DNA of 64,000 nt, from positions 224,001-288,000 of the forward strand of contig JBMNLZ010000002.1 of the NCBI GenBank assembly GCA_050953065.1. Reading direction: 5' to 3'. The notes below the pieces were generated by a model. It saw only the letters and a program-made list of their open reading frames with translations. It was not told the DNA's origin and did not search any database. Positions 1-9,459 of the stretch are shown here, piece by piece. A program made the translations under genes and the position numbers. The stretch's first letter is position 1. Each line of letters begins with the position of its first letter. The stretch comes from Bacilli bacterium. GTDB lineage: Bacteria > Bacillota_I > Bacilli_A > ML615J-28 > CAG-698.

Positions 1-1
1 A

Positions 2-3000
2 AAAGGATTAATAATTTTAATGATGCTAATTTTAATAAATTTTAATGTTGAATTAAAAGCAGCTGGAAATGAGTTTGTAGGTCAAAGTGCTGGAATAACA
101 GAACAAGATATAAAAAATGCAATAAAAATTACAGACAAAAACATTAATTATGAAACTAATATAACGTTTATTTCGCATGGTTTACAAGGTAGCGCAGCTC
201 ACTGGAGCAATATAATGGAGATGTCTTCTGCCCTTAACAGTTATGAATTTCAATATAATCATAATTCGATTATTGAATGTTTAAGAAGGCGATGCAATGC
301 AGATGTATATAAGATAGAAGACTTTAATACAAGTTATGTAATAGAAGATAATCAAATTGTTGGTGTAACACCACATTCATTTAAACTGAGAAAACTTATA
401 GTTGACAGTGTTGAAAAAATTTATAAAGAAAATGAATATATAAATTCAATTACAAATATGAATAACCATATTGTTATAATTTATCAATCTTCTAATGAAA
501 CAAATGATAAAATCTCTGATTTTGCGTATAAAGAATTGGAATTTGCAATAAACAAAATTACCTACGATGTTATACAATTAATGGAAACGAAAGTAAAAAT
601 AAATTTAATTGGTCATAGCAGAGGGGGGATTTTAAATATGAAATATGCTATAGAATATCCTTATAATGTTGATGGTTTATTTAGTGTTGGTACCCCTTAT
701 AACGGGACTAATTTGGCTAGCATATATAATTTGTTATCAAGTGCATTTCCTTCAAATTCGGGAGATCCGTTTGGATTAACAGATTTAATAAATTCACCTG
801 GAGGAAGTGAAATTATAAGTATTAATCCTGAAAACAATCATTTAAAAACCGCTTGGTTGAATATGCATGAAGAATATTCACCAAACATCAATTTTCATGC
901 AATTGCAGGTGAAACAGGTATAACACATTTGATTAAAGAATTAATAGATATTCAAAATATGGCTGGGGGGAATGCGACCTTAAGCGAAGTGGTTAATATA
1001 TTGTTTAGTGCTTTAATTGCGCTTGAACAAACATATATTAGTAATGGAATAACGCCTAATACTGATGAGAGTTCTCCTAATAGAAAACCGTATAATTCAC
1101 AAAATTTAAATTTAGAAGAGGAGCCATTGGTTAGTACGGCCGCTTTTATTTCGAGTGCACTTTTATGTTTTGGATTAAGTATAGAGAATGAGGATTATTT
1201 AGCTCTTAGTGAATTATTAATTAACTGCCGTTATTCATTCGCTGAAGGCGAGTTATTTTTAAGATCTGATTTATTTAGTCATACTTACTCACAACAGGCC
1301 GATGGCTTTGAATTTGGACTTAATGATAATATAATTTTAGTAAATAGATACAAAAAAATATTTACAGGAAATAATTCTACATATGAAATGAAAGCAGCTA
1401 ATTCTGTAGGAGTAGTTCATAATAGTGAGACAAAAGATTTAGAAATAATTAATTATATTTTATTAAATATTAATATATCTAGAAATGACAATAAAGTAAA
1501 TACTTGCTTTATTAATAAATACAATGATTCGTGCTTGGCATTTATGGGAGTTGTAATTAATAGCACTGAAAATAATGTTCATATTTCTTTGCCCAATATA
1601 ATAACTTACGATTTATATGGGGATGGAACATATATGATTCACAACGTAAAAGGCATTTCAAGATTTTTTTCTAAGAGTTTAAATAATGACAAGGTCACTC
1701 AAATTAGTTTTGGGAATAAAATAAGCATAATTGAGCAAGGGGCTTTTAATAGCTTTGATAATGTTATAGCATTTAATGTAGATGCAACGAGCGAATATTT
1801 TTGTAGTAATTCGGGTAGTTTGTATACTAAAAATAAAAAAAGTTTAATAAAGTATTGTAATGGTTCATCTTTCACAACAGCATTTATTTTGCCGAATGAA
1901 ACCACAAATATTGAGTCTTTTGCTTTTACAAATAATAATTTTTTAACAAGTGTAGACCTTAATAATGTAACAATGGTTGGAGAAAAGTGTTTTTATAATG
2001 CTTCTAATTTAGCTAGTATTGTCGGCAATCAATTGTGCTATGCTTATGATTTTGCATTCCATTATACTGAATGGCTTGACAATATAAGTAATACTGAATC
2101 AACAAATCTAGGCAAAGTATTAATAAAGTACATTGATAACTCACAACCAAAAAAAACTAAATTAGTGGTTAATCAATATTCTTGTGTATATTCATATGCT
2201 TTTTTGAATAGTGAAAATTTAGTAGAAATAATTTTCAACACTGAAGAGTTACTTGTGAATAGATATGCATTTGTAGATAATATTTCGTTAGAAAGAGTAA
2301 TGCTTTTAGTAGAACAAGTTTTTGTAATATGTCCATATTCTTTTGTTAATAATAACAATCAGTTTACGTGTTATTATTTAGAAAATGTATATATTAATGG
2401 ATTTGCAAATTTTAATATATATAGGAATCGAGGTTCTTGTGTTCCCATATCTAGATATGATTTGAATTGTAGAAGCGATGTAAATGATTTTAATAAAAAC
2501 TTGGGAAAAGGAATGTCATTAATCTATCAATTAGATGTTGATTGTGCAAAATCATATAAAATTACATCAAGTTCTACATCAGCATTTGAAATGAAAATAT
2601 ATGATCAAAATATGAATTTGATAAATGATATTGTCGCTACAATTTCAAATGATGAATTATCTGGAATAACGACTGGTACAATTACAAATTATTTAAGCCC
2701 AGGAAAATATTTTTTGAAAATAAAGTACAATGATAGTAGCAAAAGCGGAATTATAAAAACAAATTATAAAGCTACATGGCCAGTAAAAACTTACAATGTA
2801 CATTATAGCGATGTTGAAAATAAAAATAATATTTTAAATCATCTACATAAAATTTCTAAACCAATTAGTAATATTTACAAAAACGAATTAATATACGCTA
2901 ATTGTAAAGGCACAGGTTTTTATGAAATAAAACTTACCGGAATAAAAGAAGATGGAACTGTCATTAATTTCCCAGAAAAATCTATAAAAATATATAATAG

Positions 3001-4183
3001 TGCTGATAAGACCGAATTAATGCAAAAGTTTGCACTTGAAGAAAATCCATTGTTAGCAAAAAATGCATCCAATTCTAATACTGTGTATGTATATTTGACA
3101 AAAAATACAGGGTATTATATTGATATAGAATTGTATGATAAAGATTTTGTATCATTATATCTCGACATAACTTTGGCGAATATTCAAGAAATAGATATTT
3201 TTGATTTGAATAATTTAACTTCGAATGAAAATATAAATATAACAAATGAAAGTGATAAAAAGGGAGATTATGTAAAAAAAATAAAAATAAAACAAGCATG
3301 TCAAGTAAAGTTAGAAGTAGAATATGAGGGGTATCAGCATCAAAATGTAGTCATCATTCTAATGAAAATAGAATATGATAGTTTGTCAAATGAACAAACA
3401 ATAAATTTAAAATATATTGATTATCTTAATAAAGATAAAACTACGAATAATGCGAATAGCGGTGTGATTTTAGATTTAGAACCTGGAAATTATTATATTG
3501 GATACTTTAATTTGAGTAACGGCCAAATTACTATTATGAAACTAAAAAGAATTGTTAGCAATAATATTACTAATATCAATTGTGGACTACTCCCTGATCG
3601 TAGCATCCATTTCCCATATGGAAGTCAATTGTCAATTTTAGAAAAAGATGTGCCTCCTTTATACAAAAGTTATCAAGGGACTAATATTACCGTAGGTTTT
3701 ACAAGGTTAATATACTTGGACTTGGATTATGCACAATCTGATTCTAGATTAGATTATTATTGGTATTCAAGTGACAATGCTAAAGCTACTATAACAGCAT
3801 ATGCTACTATTCTTGGAAGAACTCCTGGTAATGTTACAATAATGGCGGTTTATAAAGAAGATCCATCTATCATATTTGTGAAGGAATTTACTATACAGCC
3901 AGATTTAGATAACACACCCCTAAATATAGAAATTTATCAAACCCATTCACTAAGTGAAGATGGTCCTTATCAAATAACCTTAACAGCTCAAAATAGTCCA
4001 TATGTATTTTTGCAATATTATAATTGGAGCGTTTATGTTCCGTGCCAAGAAAATGATTTTAGTGCATGGCTTGATGCTTGGGGGAATCTTGCTACTACAG
4101 GAACAGGACTTCTTTATATAACTGGTGGATATATAATTAATCCAAGGATTAGTATTACAATTTATCTGACCTTAATAGAATGA
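2..4183 (+). CDS. Large secreted protein: alpha/beta-hydrolase (PGAP1/lipase-like) head, BspA-type LRR region and conserved C-terminal Ig-like scaffold; probably 5'-truncated by the window edge
   Basis: Frame is open from base 2 (KGLIILMMLILINFNVELKAA, the tail of a signal peptide). Motifs: SHGLQG, GHSRGG nucleophile elbow, SVGTPYNG; LRR_5-like IEQGAF, IESFAF, VGEKCF; C-terminal GFTRLIY..SRLDYYWYSS..NPR. Confidence 0.8.
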   Translation, partial: KGLIILMMLILINFNVELKAAGNEFVGQSAGITEQDIKNAIKITDKNINYETNITFISHGLQGSAAHWSNIMEMSSALNSYEFQYNHNSIIECLRRRCNADVYKIEDFNTSYVIEDNQIVGVTPHSFKLRKLIVDSVEKIYKENEYINSITNMNNHIVIIYQSSNETNDKISDFAYKELEFAINKITYDVIQLMETKVKINLIGHSRGGILNMKYAIEYPYNVDGLFSVGTPYNGTNLASIYNLLSSAFPSNSGDPFGLTDLINSPGGSEIISINPENNHLKTAWLNMHEEYSPNINFHAIAGETGITHLIKELIDIQNMAGGNATLSEVVNILFSALIALEQTYISNGITPNTDESSPNRKPYNSQNLNLEEEPLVSTAAFISSALLCFGLSIENEDYLALSELLINCRYSFAEGELFLRSDLFSHTYSQQADGFEFGLNDNIILVNRYKKIFTGNNSTYEMKAANSVGVVHNSETKDLEIINYILLNINISRNDNKVNTCFINKYNDSCLAFMGVVINSTENNVHISLPNIITYDLYGDGTYMIHNVKGISRFFSKSLNNDKVTQISFGNKISIIEQGAFNSFDNVIAFNVDATSEYFCSNSGSLYTKNKKSLIKYCNGSSFTTAFILPNETTNIESFAFTNNNFLTSVDLNNVTMVGEKCFYNASNLASIVGNQLCYAYDFAFHYTEWLDNISNTESTNLGKVLIKYIDNSQPKKTKLVVNQYSCVYSYAFLNSENLVEIIFNTEELLVNRYAFVDNISLERVMLLVEQVFVICPYSFVNNNNQFTCYYLENVYINGFANFNIYRNRGSCVPISRYDLNCRSDVNDFNKNLGKGMSLIYQLDVDCAKSYKITSSSTSAFEMKIYDQNMNLINDIVATISNDELSGITTGTITNYLSPGKYFLKIKYNDSSKSGIIKTNYKATWPVKTYNVHYSDVENKNNILNHLHKISKPISNIYKNELIYANCKGTGFYEIKLTGIKEDGTVINFPEKSIKIYNSADKTELMQKFALEENPLLAKNASNSNTVYVYLTKNTGYYIDIELYDKDFVSLYLDITLANIQEIDIFDLNNLTSNENINITNESDKKGDYVKKIKIKQACQVKLEVEYEGYQHQNVVIILMKIEYDSLSNEQTINLKYIDYLNKDKTTNNANSGVILDLEPGNYYIGYFNLSNGQITIMKLKRIVSNNITNINCGLLPDRSIHFPYGSQLSILEKDVPPLYKSYQGTNITVGFTRLIYLDLDYAQSDSRLDYYWYSSDNAKATITAYATILGRTPGNVTIMAVYKEDPSIIFVKEFTIQPDLDNTPLNIEIYQTHSLSEDGPYQITLTAQNSPYVFLQYYNWSVYVPCQENDFSAWLDAWGNLATTGTGLLYITGGYIINPRISITIYLTLIE

Positions 4184-4188
4184 TATAT

Positions 4189-4226
4189 AAAAATACTCTA
4201 ATAATGAAAATTATTAGAGCATTTTT
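4189..4226. terminator. Bidirectional intrinsic terminator
   Basis: aaaaatactctaataat-gaaa-attattagagcattttt hairpin between convergent genes. Confidence 0.75.
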
Positions 4227-4262
4227 ATATTTATAGAGTAATGTTAAAAAAATTAAAAACTC

Positions 4263-5273
4263 CTATTTTTTAATTCTATTAAAGCCCATTTTTTTATAAA
4301 CATCTTTGATTTTTCTTTCGGCTAATAGACTTGCTTGTCTATAACCTTCATCTAAGATATTGTCTAGTTCATTAGATTCTACTAAAGCATTATATCTGTT
4401 TTGAACTTTTTGGATTTCTTCAGCTACAATTTCAGCTAAATCTTTTTTAAAATCTCCATAGCCTTTACCTTCGTATTTTTTTTCAATTTCTTTAAAGCTT
4501 AATCCTGTAATAGTAGAATATATCATCATAAGGTTTGAAATTCCTGGTTTTAACTTTTTATCATACTTTACAATAGCTTCTGAATCAGTAACTGCACTTT
4601 TGATTTTCTTTTTAATACTTGAGATTGGTTCTAATAGATAAATACATCCTTTTTCATTTTCAGCTGATTTATCCATCTTTTTACTTGGATCTTGTAGGTC
4701 CATGATTCTAGCGCCTTTTTTACTGATAAGAGGTTCAGGGATTTTAAAAGTTTCTCCAAAGCGATTATTAAAGCGAACACCTAAATCTCTTGTTAGTTCT
4801 AGATGTTGTTTTTGATCATCTCCAACTGGAACAAAATCAGCATCATATAATAAGATATCAGCTGCCATTAAAGCAGGATAAGTGAAAAGGGCTGATGTTA
4901 CTCCTTGAGTTTGTTTGGCTTTTTTATCCTTATATTGTGTCATTCTTTCTAATTCACCCATATAGGCAATAGTTTGCATAATATAGGCAAGTTCAGCATG
5001 AGCTGGGATTTCAGATTGAATGTATAAAGCAAGGTTTTCAGTTGACAGTCCTGAAGCTAAAAAGATTGCTGCAACATTTTTAATGTTTTGGCGTAATTCT
5101 TTTGGATCTTGTGGGACAGTTATAGCGTGTAAGTCAGCCACAAAAACAAAGAATTTATAATCTGTCATTTCTTTTTGAAGGAGTGCGAAATTTCTAAAAG
5201 CTCCTAAATAATTTCCAAGAGTTGGTGTGCCACTTGGTTTTACACCTGATAATACGATTTTCATATGGTTCAT
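4263..5273 (-). CDS. trpS: Tryptophan--tRNA ligase
   Basis: SGVKPSG-TLGN (HIGH-like), YPALMAADILL, VPVGDDQKQH, KMDKS; likely start at ATG 5264. Confidence 0.97.
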   Translation of the reverse strand: MNHMKIVLSGVKPSGTPTLGNYLGAFRNFALLQKEMTDYKFFVFVADLHAITVPQDPKELRQNIKNVAAIFLASGLSTENLALYIQSEIPAHAELAYIMQTIAYMGELERMTQYKDKKAKQTQGVTSALFTYPALMAADILLYDADFVPVGDDQKQHLELTRDLGVRFNNRFGETFKIPEPLISKKGARIMDLQDPSKKMDKSAENEKGCIYLLEPISSIKKKIKSAVTDSEAIVKYDKKLKPGISNLMMIYSTITGLSFKEIEKKYEGKGYGDFKKDLAEIVAEEIQKVQNRYNALVESNELDNILDEGYRQASLLAERKIKDVYKKMGFNRIKK

Positions 5274-5417
5274 ATCAAGATAACTTGATATTCCTCCTTT
5301 CTTTTAGCCAATATGTATTATAAGCCTATTTTTTAAAAGTGTCAACTTCTTAAATTATTTCTCTTTACCCTTTAACTTTAGTATGCTATAATTTAAATAC
5401 AAGGGAAGGGTGGTTTT

Positions 5418-5888
5418 ATGATAAAGGTATATTCATCTCCAAGTTGTATTTCATGTAGAAAAGTTAAAAAATTTTTCAAATCATATAATATTCCTTTCAT
5501 TGAAAAAAACATTTTTAAAACTCCTATTTTAAAAGAAGAGATTTTTAAAATGTTAACAATGAGTGAGAATGGTTTTGATGATATCATTTCTAGAAGATCA
5601 CGTGTCTTTCAAGAAACAAAAGTTGATTTAGAAAAAATGAAAACTAAGGAATTAGTTGATTTTATTATTGAAAATCCTAGTGTCTTAAAACGTCCGATTA
5701 TTGTTAGTGAACTTGATTTACAAGTAGGTTATAACAATGAAGATATTGAAGTCTTTCTTCCAGAAGAAGTTAGAAATAGAGAATGTTTTGAATGTTATGG
5801 TAAGAATGTAGATTGTCCTTATGTAAAAGCAATTAGGTTTGAAGATAAGGAAAAAAAAGAAAAAGATAATTGTCCATTTAAGGTATAA
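5418..5888 (+). CDS. spx: Spx/MgsR family transcriptional regulator
   Basis: YSSPSCISCRK CxxC motif and KRPII motif; extra Cys-rich C-terminal tail. Confidence 0.9.
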   Translation: MIKVYSSPSCISCRKVKKFFKSYNIPFIEKNIFKTPILKEEIFKMLTMSENGFDDIISRRSRVFQETKVDLEKMKTKELVDFIIENPSVLKRPIIVSELDLQVGYNNEDIEVFLPEEVRNRECFECYGKNVDCPYVKAIRFEDKEKKEKDNCPFKV

Positions 5889-5891
5889 AAG

Positions 5892-5918
5892 AAAAATCGA
5901 CTAGATAGTCGATTTTTT
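5892..5918. terminator. Bidirectional intrinsic terminator
   Basis: aaaaatcgacta-ga-tagtcgattttt. Confidence 0.75.
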
Positions 5919-6490
5919 TAATAAAGTCTTTTATAAGCATTCATAGCTCTTTTAATTTTCTTTTCTGCTTTTTTATATTGAATTGCTAGTTCAGAAATTA
6001 TTGCTATAAATTCTTTTTTTCCTTCATGATATGATGTTGCAACATATTCTAATTCATAATCAATTTCACCTAGATATGTACTTTCATCAATGAATAATAC
6101 GCCATTACTATATGGTAAATACATTCTCTTAGTTGAAAGACTTAAATAGTTATGAACTAATTGATCTTGAATAATTGAAGTAGTTTCAACTTTAATTTTT
6201 TCTTTTTCAATTACACCAGTTTCTTTTAAGACAGCAAATTCTTCTTGAGTAATCTCTTCTTTGAATTCGTGAATAGCATAACCTTTTTTCTTTTTTAAAG
6301 TTAGTTCAAGAGTATCATCTCTTTCTTTTACTCTTAAAGAAGCATCAACTGCTTTAAGAGAAAATCTTTTAGTATCAAAATAATGATTTGTTTGAAAGTC
6401 ATATTTATTACCATCAAACATTTCAATTAACTTATCATATTCTTCTTTAGTAAGTAGTGTTTTAAATTCAGCTTCTGTACCTTTATTCAT
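5918..6490 (-). CDS. CYTH domain protein (YjbK-like)
   Basis: EAEFKTLL, QTNHYFDT, SLRVK, DYELEY. Confidence 0.9.
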   Translation of the reverse strand: MNKGTEAEFKTLLTKEEYDKLIEMFDGNKYDFQTNHYFDTKRFSLKAVDASLRVKERDDTLELTLKKKKGYAIHEFKEEITQEEFAVLKETGVIEKEKIKVETTSIIQDQLVHNYLSLSTKRMYLPYSNGVLFIDESTYLGEIDYELEYVATSYHEGKKEFIAIISELAIQYKKAEKKIKRAMNAYKRLY

Positions 6491-6659
6491 GTTGTCCTCC
6501 TATAAAAGATAATATCTATTAAAAAGTTATTTATATTATACATAATATAATATAAAAATCAAGGGTTAAATAATATAGACTTAAAATAGATTAAAAAAAA
6601 TTTAAATTTAGATTAAATATATGTTATAATGTGTGTATATAATAATAGGAGTGTTAGTT

Positions 6660-7421
6660 ATGAAGTATGCAATTTATAGTAAAGAACCTTTAGCAGAAGT
6701 AATCCTATCAAAGTTTAAAGGAAAACTAGATTATGAAAAACCTGATTTTGTTTTTTCTTTTGGTGGGGATGGAACTATGCTTAATGCAGTTAATCAATAT
6801 ATTGATAAAATAGATAAAACTATTTTTGTTGGGATTAATACAGGTAAGTTAGGGTTTTATACTGACTTTGTTTTAGATGAACTTGACAGTATCATTACAG
6901 CAATTTCTAAAGGCGAAGTTTTTTGTCATGAATTTTTCTTGCTTCAGTATTCTTTGATTAAAGATACTCAAGTAAAGAAAGGTTATGCCTTAAATGAAAT
7001 CGCAGTTACAAATCCAATCCACACTCAAATAATAGAAGTCTATATTAATGATAAAATGTTTGAAACATTTAGAGGCACTGGATTATTGGTTTCTACTCCG
7101 AGTGGGTCAACTGGTTATAATAAGTCTTTGGGTGGAAGTGTAATGGATTCAAGTATTGAAGCAATTCAGTTAACTGAGATTGCTGCGATTAATAATAGAG
7201 TCTTTAAGTCACTAGCATCTCCTTTAATAATTCCTAAGAATAATAAAGTTTCAATGGTTGCAACTGATTCTGATAATATTTATATTAGTGTTGATGGTAG
7301 ATATGAAGAGTTTAAAGGTGTTGAAAAAATTGATGTTAAACTTTCTAGTAAAAAAGTTAAAATGTTAGGAACAAAGGATTATAGTTTTTATAATAGAGTT
7401 AAAAAATCATTTATTGAATAA
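6660..7421 (+). CDS. nadK: NAD kinase
   Basis: GGDGTML, GKLGFY, ALNE, STPSGSTGYNKSLGG; AGGAG RBS precedes ATG 6660. Confidence 0.95.
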   Translation: MKYAIYSKEPLAEVILSKFKGKLDYEKPDFVFSFGGDGTMLNAVNQYIDKIDKTIFVGINTGKLGFYTDFVLDELDSIITAISKGEVFCHEFFLLQYSLIKDTQVKKGYALNEIAVTNPIHTQIIEVYINDKMFETFRGTGLLVSTPSGSTGYNKSLGGSVMDSSIEAIQLTEIAAINNRVFKSLASPLIIPKNNKVSMVATDSDNIYISVDGRYEEFKGVEKIDVKLSSKKVKMLGTKDYSFYNRVKKSFIE

Positions 7422-7430
7422 AAAAAAGAA

Positions 7431-7453
7431 TACTTCCCCATAAAGGGGAAGTA
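7431..7453. terminator. Bidirectional intrinsic terminator
   Basis: tacttcccc-ataaa-ggggaagta between convergent nadK and clpP. Confidence 0.75.
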
Positions 7454-7456
7454 ATT

Positions 7457-8044
7457 TTATACTTTTTGTTTTTCCATAATAGAATCAATTATTCCGTATT
7501 TTAGTGCATCTTCTGCGAACATATAATTATCTCTATCAGTATCAATTGTTATTTTTTCTAATGGTTGATTAGTGTTTTTTGCTAGAATTTTATTCATTCT
7601 TTCTTTTATTTTTATGATGTGTTTGGCAGCAATTTCAATTTCACTAGCTTGTCCTCTAGCACCACCCATTGGCTGATGAATCATCACCTCACTATTAGGT
7701 AAGCAATATCTTTTTCCTTTAGCTCCACTAGATAAAATAAATGCAGCCATTGAAGCAGCCATTCCAACACAAATCGTTGATACCTCTGGTGAGATTAAAT
7801 TCATTGTATCATAAATTGCCATTCCAGCTGTAATTGATCCACCTGGACTATTGATATATAAAAAGATATCTTTTTTAGAATCCTCAGCTGCTAAAAACAA
7901 TAATTGAGCAACGATACTATTAGCCATATAATCATCAATTTCACCACTTAGTAAAATGATTCTATCTTTTAAAAGACGAGAATAAATATCATAACTTCTT
8001 TCACCTTTAGAAGTTTGTTCGATAACATAAGGTATTGAATGCAT
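7457..8044 (-). CDS. clpP: ATP-dependent Clp protease proteolytic subunit
   Basis: [29 protein letters not shown]. Confidence 0.98.
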   Translation of the reverse strand: MHSIPYVIEQTSKGERSYDIYSRLLKDRIILLSGEIDDYMANSIVAQLLFLAAEDSKKDIFLYINSPGGSITAGMAIYDTMNLISPEVSTICVGMAASMAAFILSSGAKGKRYCLPNSEVMIHQPMGGARGQASEIEIAAKHIIKIKERMNKILAKNTNQPLEKITIDTDRDNYMFAEDALKYGIIDSIMEKQKV

Positions 8045-8139
8045 AATTTAAGCCTCCTATATATATTGTAATTTTACTATTTAGAGATAAAAAAGTCAAA
8101 TGATATTAAAAATAACTGAAGAAAAAAAATAAAATAAAC

Positions 8140-8168
8140 TTGCATTTTAAAAGCTAAATAGTTATAAT
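8140..8168 (+). promoter_or_regulatory. Sigma-A-type promoter of the pheST leader
   Basis: TTGCAT-17 nt-TATAAT. Confidence 0.7.
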
Positions 8169-8174
8169 GGTATA

Positions 8175-8404
8175 AATCGTTGAAAAAGAAGTAGTAGTAA
8201 AGATATTTTTATTTAAAAAGAGAAAAAGACCTTGGGTGGAAGTCTTTAATAAAAATCTTTATGAATTCGTCTTTGGAGAGACTTATCAAAAATAGGTCCG
8301 TAATCTTTGCGTTAAAAGAAATAAAGTGCATCTATTAAATAGATGAATCAAAGGTGGTACCACGGAAAAGTTTTCGTCCTTGAATTAATTTCAAGGACGT
8401 TTTT
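8175..8404 (+). promoter_or_regulatory. T-box riboswitch (Phe) with terminator
   Basis: AGTA, AGAGA and GGTG boxes; specifier GAA-TTC (TTC at 8266-8268); T-box AAGGTGGTACCACGG at 8351-8365; terminator cgtccttgaa/ttcaaggacg followed by a T tract; sits upstream of pheS. Confidence 0.93.
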
Positions 8405-8425
8405 AATATAAAGGAGAAATAAAAA

Positions 8426-9448
8426 ATGATTAAAAAATTAGTAGCATTACAAGAACAAGCAAAAAGTGAAATTATGGCAGTTAAAACAATGCATCATTTA
8501 AATGAAGTTAAAGCATTGTATTTAGGAAAGAAAAGTCCTTTGCAGGAAATCTTACAACAGATGAAAGATTTAACTGTAGAAGAAAAAAAGAAAATGGGGA
8601 TTGCGATTAATGCTTTTAAACAAGCAGTTGAAGAAGCTGTTTTAGTAAAAAGAGATTTAATTGAAAAAGATCTAATTAATGAAAGATTAGAAAAAGAAGC
8701 AATTGATATTAGTTTGCCTGGTGTTAAGTTTAAGAAAGCAAATTATCATCCATTAGAATTAGTAACAAGAGAAATTGAAGAAATCTTTATTGGAATGGGC
8801 TATAACATTGCAGTAGGACCTGAGGTAGAGTTAGATTTATATAATTTTGAAATGCTTAATTTACCAGCAGGTCATCCAGCAAGAGAAATGCAAGATTCAT
8901 TCTATATTAATCCAACAACTCTACTTAGAACTCATACTTCTCCTGTTCAAGCAAGAACAATGCTTGAAAATCAAAATAAACCAATTCAAATAATTTGTCC
9001 GGGGAAAGTTTATAGACGTGATGATGATGATGCAACGCATTCTCATCAGTTTATGCAAGTTGAAGGTTTAGTATTAGGTAGTGATATTTCTTTAGCTGAT
9101 TTAAAAGGAACATTAGAATATCTGCTTAAGAAATTGTTTGGTGGAGATAGAACAATTAGATTTAGACCATCATACTTTCCTTTTACAGAACCTAGTGTAG
9201 AAGTAGATGTTAGTTGTTTTAAATGTAATGGTAAAGGATGTGCTCTTTGCAAGCAAAATGGTTGGATTGAAATATTAGGAGCTGGTATGGTTCACCCTAA
9301 TGTTTTAACAATGGCAGGATATGATCCTGAAAAATTCCAAGGATTTGCTTTTGGAATTGGAATTGAAAGAGTAACAATGCTTAAATATGGAATTGATGAC
9401 ATTAGACATTTTTATACTAATGACATTAGATTCTTAAGGCAGTTTTAG
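8426..9448 (+). CDS. pheS: Phenylalanine--tRNA ligase alpha subunit
   Basis: [42 protein letters not shown]. Confidence 0.98.
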   Translation: MIKKLVALQEQAKSEIMAVKTMHHLNEVKALYLGKKSPLQEILQQMKDLTVEEKKKMGIAINAFKQAVEEAVLVKRDLIEKDLINERLEKEAIDISLPGVKFKKANYHPLELVTREIEEIFIGMGYNIAVGPEVELDLYNFEMLNLPAGHPAREMQDSFYINPTTLLRTHTSPVQARTMLENQNKPIQIICPGKVYRRDDDDATHSHQFMQVEGLVLGSDISLADLKGTLEYLLKKLFGGDRTIRFRPSYFPFTEPSVEVDVSCFKCNGKGCALCKQNGWIEILGAGMVHPNVLTMAGYDPEKFQGFAFGIGIERVTMLKYGIDDIRHFYTNDIRFLRQF

Positions 9449-9459
9449 GAGGTAGCATC

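Noticed and set aside
4263-7421. trpS-spx-CYTH-nadK cluster as a novel module
   Set aside because: It mirrors the conserved Bacillus trpS/spx/yjbK/ppnK neighbourhood; ordinary synteny.
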